64,000 nt of DNA from positions 3,224,001 to 3,288,000 of the forward strand of contig NC_081332.1 of assembly GCF_022539665.2 (NCBI RefSeq), given 5' to 3'. Below, one piece after another: positions 13,893 through 25,699 of this stretch. Source of the DNA: Daphnia carinata (lineage: Eukaryota). Position 1 is the first letter of the stretch, and each line of letters starts with the position of its first letter. A model generated the notes under the pieces. It worked only from the letters and a program-made list of their open reading frames with translations. It was not told where the DNA came from and did not search any database. A program made the position numbers and the translations under genes.

Positions 13893-14957
13893 TGAACATC
13901 ATTTGGATCAACAAGTAATGATAAAGGTAAATATTGTCTTTTTCTTGTATGACATTGAAATTTAAAAATTACATATATATTAAATAAAACAATACAAAGC
14001 ACGTTGTCATCGTTATGTTATAGGTAATTGCGTGACATGGACATGTAAGTTACGGAATTGCTTAGTAATATTCTTACCCAGTTACAAGTTAATTTATTTC
14101 ATTAAATTTATAAGTTATTTTTCTTGGTACCAAATCAACGCCATTTCAAAGAAAAAATTGTATTTACATGCAAAAGTACCAGAATAATATGACAAATATT
14201 GACAATGATAATTATTCTTCACAGGTAACAGTGATTTGCCAACGCCATCTCTATCACTAAAGTGTACTGGCGGTTTAGTACTGAACAGCCTGTGCTGGTA
14301 TACTTTTTGCTTAAATTTAGAGAACTTACAGTCCATCATATTCCAATTTATTTATTGCGTATATTCTAATCAGAACTAATTTAATTGCCTTAAATTCAAT
14401 TCACTAAACGTTCATTTGGGCCCTTGCGTGTAAAAATTTTACAACAGGGCGATGTTTATAACAATTCCGCCTATTGGGCTTCCTCTCTTCTCATTGCCAG
14501 TGAACGGCCAATCATCAACGACCTTTTGTGTACTGAACTACAGGCGTCTGCAAAATTCCATACGGTGTGGAACGAAAAAAGTGCTCGTGTTGGAGGTGTA
14601 AAAAGCCGTAAGAATAATTTCTCATTTTCTTTTTTTTTTCGTTATGCAAGTGAGCTTAGATTTTTATCTTTTACCACGTTTTTGAACTGTTGGTATATTG
14701 GTATGCAAGATGAAACTTAATTGAAAACATTTTCTACTGTGTTTCCCATGCTTATTGCAGTGTCTTCAGTTGACCCCTAGAATCCGGGAATTAGTCACGC
14801 ACATCTAATCTGACTTGAATCTTTCAGGTTGCGTGGAAGGATATTATGAAAAAGACTTAACTTTCACCGTAGCCTTCCCAATCCAAGTGATTTTCGTCTT
14901 GCCTGAAATAGTGAAGGAAAAAAGGGGTCACATCAGGCTTCATCTCCGCTCAGTGAC

Positions 14958-15451
14958 ATGGACGATGAAGAATGCATTGTTGGGAAAATTCTCGGTCTGA
15001 GGTTAGTTTGGAAATTTATCTAACTGTGTACATTAATATAAATTGACAGTCTTGTGATTATAACTTAATCTGAAATATCATATTAGGAGAAGGATGGTGA
15101 AGTTGGGTACTTGCTGATAGGAATTGGTGTTTAAAACGATGGCAATACTTGGGAGCCCAAGAAAATCTTTATTGTAATAATTTGATTGCAGCATTTGAAA
15201 GCAAATGTCTATCGTTGACTGAGAATCCTGAAAACAAGCTAAGCCAAGAGAAGAAAATTGTGAAGAAAAAAAGAACTAAAGCACAGTTTGTTTCAAATTC
15301 GTAACTAGAAGCAATGAACATCAAGATGTGGTCAGGAAATCTATAGTTTTCTAGATGTCACTATGGATGCCCAGTCTTCCAACAGGATTTGATCGAAATG
15401 TAGAGGCGGAGAAATTTTAGGAGTGAGCGATGACGGTGGCGAAACTATATA
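14958..15451 (+). pseudogene. HP1/CBX-like pseudogene (chromodomain plus start of chromoshadow domain)
   Basis: Exon 1 MDDEECIVGKILGLR, intron 15002-15086, then EKDGEVGYLL..NTWEP/ENLYCNNLIAAFE (chromodomain), a basic hinge, and GFDRNVEAE/ILGVSDDGGE (chromoshadow start). Contains stops and frameshifts. Confidence 0.8.
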
Positions 15452-15717
15452 GGTAACCGTTTCGTTTTGTGTTTTATTAAAACTTCCCCATGTCATTTTC
15501 AGATATTTTTTTTTTAGATAGTTGTACGGATGCGTAAAGAATGATGATTGCAGGGCAAGAGAATTTTCTTTTATACAATACTTTTCTATTTTTATTGTTA
15601 TAAATATTGTCTTTTTAGCCGTTGAATGTAGCTGGAACAGAACACATTCGAATTGCAGCATCAGGATATCAGGGTTGCTGGACGATTAAATGTCGCTGTG
15701 TGTGGATACAGATATTG

Positions 15718-17042
15718 TGTCTCGTTTTTAACCCTAAATTATTTCTGGGATAATAACTTTACTATTAATACTATAAATTAGATGAATAACACTTGAACAG
15801 CTTTTCAGGTTCTAAGAAACAGTTAAGATAATCGTGTATTTTGTATACATTTCTTTATAGCCTATCACTAATGTAAATTCTGATGCTGTATATAAGGTCG
15901 TCCCGGGGTTGGTAATCATATTATGCAATATGTGATTTAATGTTTTAGTCCAAGCTTGACCGGAATCACTAACATATTGGATGAAAACTACCATATTAAA
16001 CAATTGGTAAGTGAAATAATAGTAATAAGAAATGTAAAGTACATTGCCAGTAACAAATGTTTTATCCCACTAAATGGATAATAATTGTACTAATATTTAT
16101 CCACCGTTTAGCTTTGTAACCCGTAGACTTTTTACTTTGCTGATGTTTTAGTGTTCAGGACAACTTGGTGTGTGACATAACATACAAAACAGTTGAAATA
16201 TAAAGTAGATCCAGATGTGCATCGAAAACTTTTCGGCAATGTTTTGCAGGTACAAGAACTACACTAACATATTTTTATGGTATTGATAAAGATTGTCAAT
16301 GCTTAATAAATTTACATTCAGGAGTAGGAGGTCAGTGTGAATTAACGTACATGATTACGTGATGAAAACCAGCAATAATGCAACCTAGCAGACACAGTGA
16401 ACATACACTATGGTACTATAATTTTTTTTAATAACTAGTGGTACTTAACAATTTTCAATTCCTCATTTGATGCAGGTTGAAAGACGGTCCGGGCAAACTC
16501 TTCAGCACCTACCCGCACACGGACTGGAAAATGGTCGTTCCTTAAAGAAATGGAATACTATCGGTAAGAGTTTGAATTGATTCAAAATTAGTTTGCTAAC
16601 ATAGATTTAGAGCTAATTTAATAGAAGTTAAGATATCTTCTTACTTTCTACAATTATAAGGACAATGAAGTACAATTATTATCCATGTAGTGGGATAAAA
16701 CATTTGTTACTGGCAATGTACTTTACATTTCTTATTACTATTATTTCACTTACCAATTGTTAAATATGGTAGTTTTCATCCAATATGTTAGTGATTCCGG
16801 TCAAGCTTGGACTAAAACATTAAATCACATACTGCATAATATGATTATCAACCCTGGGATGACCCTATATAAAGCATCAGAATTTACATTAGTGATAGGC
16901 TATAAAGAAATGTATACAAAATACACGATTATCATAACCGCTTGTTAGAACCTGAAAAGCTGTTCAACTGCTAGTCATCTAATTCATAGTGTTAGTAGTA
17001 AAGTTATTATCCCAGAAATAATTTAGGGATAAAAATGAGACA
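15718..17042. repeat. Internal ~370 bp inverted repeat (15718-16091 vs 16669-17042)
   Basis: Near-identical mirror ORFs 15812-16003(-) and 16757-16948(+). Confidence 0.92.
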
Positions 17043-17177
17043 AAAATCTTAATTTTAGTACAATCGATGAAACTCTGTGGCAGCATTTTGAGTCCGGTGG
17101 CCGAATTTTCTCCGCAACTGTGGCCCGAAAAAAGGATCCGAAAAACCCTGGTCAATATTTGTCTATGGGTTATGGAT
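17041..17177 (+). pseudogene. RBM19: Captured 137 bp RBM19 exon fragment (RRM)
   Basis: Encodes [45 protein letters not shown]. Colinear and ungapped with 52496-52632(-), 15 differences by manual count. Confidence 0.93.
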
Positions 17178-17884
17178 GTTTTATCCCACTTGTGTAGTTA
17201 TTAGCTCTGCTGTTGCCCAGTTTCGGAATTTTATTGCACATCGTTCCCTGTCGAAATTGTCTGCTTCGTGCTGAGAACCTGTATTTACGAAAAATACCTT
17301 GTCATCGTTGTTTTGTCGTAGGTAGTTGTGTGGAATGGGCATGTAGCTAACGAAATATTTTAGTAATAATATTGTTACCCGGATTCAAGTTGAATTATAT
17401 TCATCAAAATGATAAATTTTTTATTATGCTTGATACCAAATTAACATGATTTCCAAGAATAATTTGTATTTCCATGCAGGAGTACCAGAGTAATGTGACA
17501 AACATTCACAATGGTGATTACTCTTCACAGAGCTAACATTTAGTATGCTACTATTATATGTTTTATAAATTTAGTTATAATTTAATTCAGCTTTTTATTT
17601 AGTGGAATATAATTTATTTCAGTTTTTCTGATGCAGTTTGGAAGCCACTTGGAGTAAACTTTTCGTCAGGTACTCACAAAAAACAGATTGGCAAATCTAA
17701 CAAATGGTATGCAATGGGTAACAGTTTTATTACAGTTGGAAATAGTTTTTCCAAACATACATTCCGAACTCATTTTTAACACAGGTAACATATACTTGCA
17801 TCACATGTGGGTGGGTGAGATTTTGTTCCAGGAATTTCAGGCGTTGCGACTGAAAGATTGGCGAGCCAAAGGACGCCCTGCCCT

Positions 17885-17944
17885 GTTTACCACAGCGTTG
17901 AAGGATTGATGTATCCACTGCAAAATCGCCACAGCTGGAACGTT
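17885..17944 (-). pseudogene. Captured sideroflexin fragment
   Basis: Reads NVPAVAILQWIHQSFNAVVN; the copy at 32433-32492 reads NVPAVAIWHWIHQSFNAVVN. Matches the sideroflexin motif PAVLFWQWINQSFNAVVN. Confidence 0.7.
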
Positions 17945-20944
17945 TGTATCGGCGACAAGCACCCACCAGCAGCAGACGAAGTCCGAAGTGTGTGTACGTG
18001 CACGTGTGACTCGTTTGCCAACATCGTAATTCTCGAGCGAAAAGCGAGTATTTCGAGATTATTGTTGAAGTTGTGGGCAGTTCTTGGTCCATGTGTGATT
18101 CAACGTAAAGGTATGTGCAGCTTGCAATCGCCCAGTTTCTTGCTTTCCCATTTTTCCTTTAACAGTTTGACGCTTTCGACGTAAATACCCCGAGGAAAAG
18201 CGTCTTGCATTAAGTTGTTGAAAGTGTGGGTGAAGGACCGATTTTTGTAGCGTCATCCAAAGCTATTAGCAATGCTGTTGGATGTCAGTATCATTTACGT
18301 TATTGCCTAGACTTTCATTGCCTTCTAAAATCGTCTGCTCGACGAAACTCTATTTGCAAAAATGCTTAAGTATCTTTCAGTGTTACTCCTGTTGAAGCCG
18401 AGGTGAATAGCTGAAACGCAAGTATCATTTCATCTCTTTTTTGCCTCATCATTGTACGGAAACTATGTTGGTAACCCTTTGTTTTGCGTTTTTGTGTTTT
18501 GTTAAAACTTCCCATATCATTTTCAAGTGAAATTTTTATTTGTTTTTAGGTAGCTGTACGGATGTGTAAAGAATGGTGGTTGCAGGTCATGAGAGCCATT
18601 CCTTTATACAATACCTTTCCATTTTTATTGCTTTAATTTTTGTCATTTTAGCCGCTGAATGTAGCTGGAACAGAACACATTCGAATTTTAACGTCAAGAC
18701 ATCTGGCTGGTTGGACGATTAAACATCCCTCTGTGGGGACACAGACATTGCGTCTAGTTTTTATCTGTAGATTATTTCTGAGATAATAACTTTGTCACCA
18801 ACACCGTGACTTTGATAACCAGCAGTTGAACAGCCTTTCAATTCCAAACAAAAGGAGTCATGGTAATTGTATGTTTTGTATACATTTCTGTATAAACTAT
18901 CACTTATCTAGATTTACTCAATTGACATGACACTCTATATGGCTGGCATTGGAGTAGCTAATGCTGTTCATATGCAGAATATGTCACTGAGAAGGGGTTC
19001 TATTATGGTAGGAGTACCATGTTTTACTACAGGCTGACCAGAATCACAAACACATTGATTGAAAACTATCATCAGTTCCAACAATTGGTAAGTAAAATAA
19101 TAATAGTAAGAATACAAAATTGTAATAATATTCTAATGGTAAGAAAATACTTTGGAATTGTTGTTGGGAAAAAACGACAATTTATAATATAAATTGGAGT
19201 ACCAAACGTATTGTTTACTACCATATGGGTTACGTAATTATTAACATTAATATATAATTTTTCGTAGTTATTGTATTACAGAAGTATTGAAAATTTATTT
19301 TTTAACTTGTTTATGGTAAGGTACAATATATATCAACTTTGATTGTTTGTTATCCTACCAAATCGAAAATAATTGTACTTTTTACTTTGTTTAATTGTAC
19401 TTTGTAAATTATAGGTTTTTTTTGCTTTGCTTATTTGTTAGTGAACAGAACTATTTTTTGGCTTAGTGTAACATTAAATAATTTAACAGTTATTCAAAGT
19501 CGAACAGTTGAAATATCAAGTAGATTCACATATGCAGGTAATACGTTAAAATAGTGTTTTGCAGGTACAAGAATTACACATACATATTTAAACTTTATTG
19601 ATAAGATTTTCGATGTTTAATAATTTCTATTTACATTCAGAAGTAACCGGTTAGTAATGTGAATTAAAGGACATGACTATATGATGAATACCAGCAGTGA
19701 TGAAACCTAAGAGTAGCAACAAACATAAAAAGTATGGTACTATAAATTTTTTAAATAATTAGTGGTACTTAAGAAATTTCAATACCTCATTTGCTGCAGT
19801 TGAAAGGCAGCCAGAGTAAACACACCAGCATCTACTCATGGATTGAAAGGGTCGTTCCTAAAAGAAATGGAATGCTATTGGTAACAGTTTGATTTAATTA
19901 AGAATTAGTTTACTAACATAGATTTAGAACTAAGTTAATTGAAGTAGAGATATCCTCTAACTTTCTACAATTAAAGAAGACAATGAAGCTAGTTAGCATA
20001 AATTCAACTTACCTGATAAGCGAATCGATCGACGATGGTGATATAGTTGTGGTACATCTGTAGAGGCAAGACTCCGAACGAATGTTAATATCTATCATCT
20101 AGACGACGCCTTAAATACTCGCAGACACGTGTCACATTATTGCTTTCCAGGAAGTAGAGCGTAGGGTAGAGGGACCTAATTCTGAAGGTCGATAGGTTGA
20201 AGGACAAATTTTTATTTCCAGGTGAGCCCGAGGTATAGCCATTCCCCATCGATTGACCTTAGGTTACTTTGAATTTTTTTTTTTGATTTTTTTTGTTTGT
20301 TTCCAAGTGCCTAAAACAGACGAAGAACCTCGGGCATACACAAAAAGGAGAGGGAAGGGGGGAGGAAGAAAAAAAAAAGAAGCTAGAAGCTCAGTAGCTC
20401 TTTCACCTGCACGCGGTGCACTAGTGTAGATTTGTTGCTTGCAATCCACGTCTAATTATTCCTAGAACTTTCGCACGTGCTCTTAGCTTTCGCAAATTGT
20501 AGATTCATCAATAACGCACTGCATCAGCACCTGGGTTAGCCTCTGCACTGGCCTTGATTAGTTGGGTAGTATAAGTCTAGATGAAATAGATTAAGTTAAG
20601 GATAAGTAGGCCTAAAGTTAAGTTAAGAGTAAGGCGTAAGCGTAGTCCACCTCAATTCGTTACCTTTGCACAACACTATCTCAGCCATTTTCTTTCACTG
20701 TTTTATGCAATTATTAACCGTAGTGGTCGTTCGCAAACTATTTTTTTCCTTACAAACAATTGTACATTTCAACTTCTTAACACAATTTACACATGAACCG
20801 CCAATCCGGCCAATTTAAAAAAAAAAAAAAATTTTTCTCCATGTAACTGTAATTCGTGTACCTGATGTCTGTTAAAATTAAGATGAAATTTGTTGCTGTT
20901 CAAATGTTAAAACAAAATTTTTTTTTCTCGTTTCTGTACAATCA

Positions 20945-22700
20945 GCAGGGTAATCTCTGGGGCTGAAGGGCAACGAAGATCGCCGTCGCAGCCATTGGAA
21001 TACCGCCCAGGATTCTGAGGTATATATTTAAAAACTCGGTATCTCATCATGATTTTTTCTTTAAATTTTATGTGCCTAGGAAGGCCATAGCTCCACTGAA
21101 GAGGACCTTTGGACAACGAAGGTCATCACCAGGATTCTAGTCCAAAATTCCAAGGTATTCAAAAAATTGAAGTGCATTACTATTCTATGTAGTAATTTGT
21201 GTATAGGAGGTTTGGCAACGCTACCGATGAGGATTACTGGACGTCGGGGATCACCGCTGGAGCCGCCAAGGATTGCCAGGTATTACTTTCACAATTTAAA
21301 GTGTTTAATCGTGTTTCTTTATGTATTTAGGACGGTCCACATCATCTCCGAGGTGGGCCACTCGACAACGAGGTTCGCTTTCGAAGCCTCCTGGAATTAT
21401 CGCCCAAAATTGTGAAGTATTTAATTGAAAGTCTTAGGTTGTGATCTATGATTTTATTTTGTTTTTATGTATTTAGGAGGGCCTCACCATCATCGAAGAG
21501 GATGCTGGACATCGTGGATCGCCGCTGGAGTAACAAGATCGTCGCAATGGATATTTAAGGTATATGTTTTACACGTTTAAGTGTCTAAACATGTTTTTTA
21601 AATGTATTTAGGATGGCCCACATCATCACCGAAGAGGGTAACTGGACAACGAAGTACGCCATTGGAGCCACCAGGATCGTCGCTCAAAATTGTCACGTAT
21701 TTTATCGAAAATTTTTACTGTCAATTCATTAACCATTAATTTAATTTGTTTTTATGTATTTAGGAGGGCGCCATCATCGCCGAGGAGGACCATTGGACAA
21801 CGTGTTTCGCCGTCGGATTCACCAGGATGATCGCCCAAAATGGTCAAGTATTTAATTCAAAGTTATAAGTTTTACATTATGATCTCATTTTGTTTTTATG
21901 TATTTAGGTGGGCCGCACCATCATAAGAGAGGATGCTGGACATCGAGATTCGCCGCTGTAGCAACGACATTGTCGGCATGGGTATTGTGGGTTTTTTTAA
22001 AATTAACGCTAAGTGTTTAATCGTGCTTTTTGGGCTTCGAAGAGGGCTTCACCACCACCAAAAAGGACGCTGGAGCATCGATATCGTCGCCGTGGATGTT
22101 TCAGGTATATCACTTACTCGTATAATTGTGTATTCATGTTTTTGTTTTGTAATTAGGAGGGTTCCATCATCGCCGAAGAGGATTACTAGACTACGAGGTT
22201 CGTCGTCGGAGCTACCAGCATCGTCGCCCAACATTGTCAAGTATTTCATTGAAAGTCTTAAGTCTTACACCACTAATTTATTTTGTTTTTTATGTGTTTA
22301 CGAGGGCGGCATCATCGCCGAAGAGGATCACTGGCCAGCGTGGTTTGCCGTAGGAGGCACCAGTATCGTCACCCAAAATCGTCAAGTATTTCATTCAAAG
22401 TTATACGTTTTACACTATGATCTCATCTTGTTATGTATTTAGAAGGGCCATACCACCATCTGAGAGGATGCTGGACATCGAGAAGCGCCGCTGGAGCAAC
22501 GAGATTATCGCAATGGATGTTTCAGGTATATTTCTTTACATGTTTATTTGCCTAACCATGTTTTTTTATGTATTTAGGAGGGCTCCGTCGTTGTCGAATA
22601 GGACCACTGGACGTCGTAGGGTGTCGTTGGAGCAACGGAAATCGCTGCCCATCCCGTCGTACACGCCCATTAGGTCGATGGGGAAAAAATATGGTACGGT
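20945..22700 (+). repeat. Tandem micro-exon array: ~13 GC-rich ~70-85 nt exons separated by ~60 nt AT-rich GT-AG introns
   Basis: Period ~140-146 bp, consensus tttatgtatttAG|GAGGG..CATCATCGCCGAAGAGGAT..CTGGAC..|GTAT. Copies at ~35492-37250 (+) and 42303-43383 (-). Confidence 0.85.
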
Positions 22701-24726
22701 TGAGTATTGCCTAATTGGCATTTTTCTACTTTATTCCATGTTACTCGTGTGTTTTACAAATATGTTGCTCTTGTCCTATATTCCTTACCTTTATTTTTCC
22801 TTATGCATGACGGCTTAGTTTTAACTTTGACTGAGCACGCAAATTCACTACACCTGTACCCGACGGTTCACTCACGGTTTGTTTGCTTTTTTGCACCGGG
22901 TTGGGGTTAGCGTATCAGGTAATGTAGGCCTGCTCACATTGGTTTCAGGCCAAGGATTTAGTTGGTGCAGGTTTACTAACACTTACTACTTCTAAAATAA
23001 AAAGTAAAACAAAATAAATCTATTTTATGTCTGCATACTCTTCTTTTGAGTATGGTTTCTTGACTTGAGTAATATATAAATCGCGTGCGATCGGGTTGTA
23101 AACCCCGATTTGACAACCCGACAAAACGTGATGGGGCAGCAACCGTTCCGACCTGTCGCATAGGCAAGAATGAAAAACCCGCTGAACAAGAAATCGGTTC
23201 GAGCGATACGGGTTAGTGAGGTATAGTTCAGCATGCGACTATACAATACTAATATGTAAAGCCTTGACCACAGAAATCACCGGAGTCTTAGAAATCCTCC
23301 TTGATCGCGGAATTCAGACCAGAATCGTGAGTTGCATTTCATTTAATTCATTTCATTTCATTAAAAAAAAAAAAATAAGCTCAGTAGCTGGTTTACCTGC
23401 AAACGATATGCATTAATGTAGATCATCGCGGCAAAAGACGGTGTAGTGATTCAGAGAATTTTCATACGCCCATGTAGTTTTCGTCTACAAGCTGGATATG
23501 TTCTTTTTTTTTTGTGTACAAACTGGCTAGAATGACAAAGCTGTTAAATGAACTAGGAATTTGTATATTGGAAAGTGGGGCATACTATGCTGGATTTAAA
23601 ATTAATGCCCAACGAAGAAAGATATTAGGGAAAGATTATTAAGAAAGGAAATTATTCACAAAATATATCTTTCTGATTGGGTTTATTTAATACACCAGCC
23701 CAGGGGAAAGGAAATGATATTGCTAAAAATAATACAAATAATCGATGGAAAATATATAGCACTTCTAACGAGTGGGATGGGGGATATTGGTACTTCATTA
23801 ATTGTTGACTGTGAATCTTGATTAATGATAAGTATATAGTTACGTCATTTCGCTGTTTAATAGTTGAACCGTATAAATCGGTATTTTAAAAATTATAGGG
23901 GTTTAGCTTATTGAAAATGTATTACAAATTAAATATGACGAACGTTAATAGTAATGACGCTTAATATTATATTAATGTAATTTTATGAATACTAATCGCC
24001 TTCAAAAAAAATCATCGCTTGTGTTCGGGTTGCGTGTCCGATAAAAATGAACATGGAGTTAATAAAAAACAGCTTATTACTCGCTACACAAATTGTGATC
24101 CAACGGGCGGTTTTATTAAAGAAATTAGATGTTTTACAACGCTGTTAAACATGTTTCACATGAAGCTACTGAATCTTATCCGTGACATTGCAGAAAGTTG
24201 TTAAACTGTGGCAAAACTTGTACTTAGGTTTAACATTGCATAACTCTGTCAAAATGTAATGTTATAATATCAGTAAAAAAAATTTAACTTATCTTGCAAC
24301 AAATGAAACTATGTGACGTCAACAAATGTACACTGTCTTGTGCAAAGAAACTCTTCATAGAAAAACTGGGTGATAAAAACTTAAGTTCTTGTATGTAGTA
24401 CTTGTAAATTTTGTGGGGTTTGTCTCTCGTTGAATTTATTGTTTTTTTATTTTTTCTGCTGTCTGTATGTGTTGTGTTTTGATGTCTCCTTTGTCCTAGC
24501 GTTTGATTTGCGAAAGGTTAGTAAGTTTTAATGTAATGACGATTATATTGTGATTTAACCTCGTGTATATTAGAAGTACCGATTTAAGTTTTCGTTTATA
24601 GTCTGTATTTTTATCACCAGGGAAACATATACATATTCATTTTACACAATTTATTATAACTGAAACATTTACACAATTGACACTACATACAACAACTATA
24701 CACAATTTGACACCCATTGAATTTTC

Positions 24727-24797
24727 CGTAACTATAGGGTATTGAACCCTAATATTCGGCGTAGCTTGCCGATGCTCAACCATTGAGCTATAATCAC
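24727..24797 (-). tRNA. tRNA-like gene, full cloverleaf, anticodon position GCT, non-canonical anticodon loop and short variable arm
   Basis: GTGATTA TA GCTC AATGGTT GAGC A TCGGC AAGCTAC GCCGA ATAT TAGGG TTCAATA CCCTA TAGTTAC G: all four stems pair, and A and B boxes are present. Confidence 0.65.
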
Positions 24798-24864
24798 TTT
24801 CCATTTCAATGTTTTATACCTTGAGTCAACACACGAAAATATTGTATAGTTAATGTTTTAATCT

Positions 24865-25323
24865 TGCTATACTATTTGTCAGTCTGACCAGTAAGTGTAT
24901 GTGTATCATGGCGTATATGTAGAGGTTCCATTTACGGTGTCAGAAGTTTGAGGTTCAAATCCAGTAAGGTATAGAAATAACAAAAAGCATTAATTAAACG
25001 TAACAAATTTTTACTATTACTTATATTTTAACATTGCTATAGTATTTGGCAGTCTGACCAATTAATGTAAATATATCATGGTATGTCTGTAGAGGGTCCG
25101 GCTACGATGTCAGAAGACAAAGGTTCAAATCCATTAAGAGGTAAAAAACGAAAATTTAACAAACTGTCTTATATTTTAACTGTCACTCAAATATTTGAAA
25201 ATGTGCAAAAGATGACGCTTCGCTATATCATTGGTTAGTCTGACCATACATTTCAAAAATGTTATAGCGTATGTGTAGAGAATTCGGCTACGGTATGAGA
25301 AGACTAGGTTTCAAATCGTAGGC
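24865..25323 (+). repeat. Three tandem ~170-185 bp units, each with a leader plus a degenerate tRNA-derived body
   Basis: Each unit has GCTATA..AGTCTGACCA, an A-box-like TRGYRT..TGTAGAG and a B-box GGTT(T)CAAATC. Confidence 0.65.
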
Positions 25324-25442
25324 ATTGCTAAAGTTATCGGAAAACACGCATTAAATACTTTTATGTTTATTATGTAATATTTGTTGAATATGTGTAATAG
25401 GTTGTCTAAAGATGACTTGCAAAAATGGTTATCAGCAGAATG

Positions 25443-25514
25443 TGACTCATGGCTCAATGGTAGAGCATTGGCTTCGTAAGTCGAATGATTTGGGATCGAT
25501 CCCCAAAAGAGTTC
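25443..25514 (+). tRNA. tRNA-like pseudogene, anticodon CGT (Thr-like), imperfect acceptor stem
   Basis: D-stem GCTC/GAGC, anticodon arm TTGGC TTCGTAA GTCGA, T-arm TTGGG ATCGATC CCCAA. Copies at 39522-39593 (+) and 40481-40552 (-). Confidence 0.6.
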
Positions 25515-25699
25515 AATCATATAATAATTCATATGAACGATGTATCAAATTCTATACATTGCATAAGGTTTGTAAAACTGCAACTGCTATGCAACAATTG
25601 CAAATGTAGAAACCATCATGATATTTAGAATTCTATCAAATGATTCAAATGTTGCAATATATATGCAGCAATGCAAATACTGTTATTAAATTTTCCTCC

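Larger units (their letters stand above)
13071..22025 (+). repeat. Left arm of ~9 kb near-identical inverted repeat (partner 42303-51254)
   Basis: Mirror ORF pairs with constant coordinate sums of ~64326-64328, e.g. 15341-15661/48666-48986 and 21167-21415/42913-43161. Differences seen are mostly homopolymer lengths. Confidence 0.97.

Noticed and set aside
20585..20645. TTAAG/TAAGG pentamer tract as a telomeric repeat
   Set aside because: Too short and too degenerate to call TTAGG telomeric sequence.
20945..22700. Repeat-spacer periodicity resembling a CRISPR array
   Set aside because: Both parts of the unit are homologous between repeats and carry splice signals. The context is eukaryotic and there are no cas genes.
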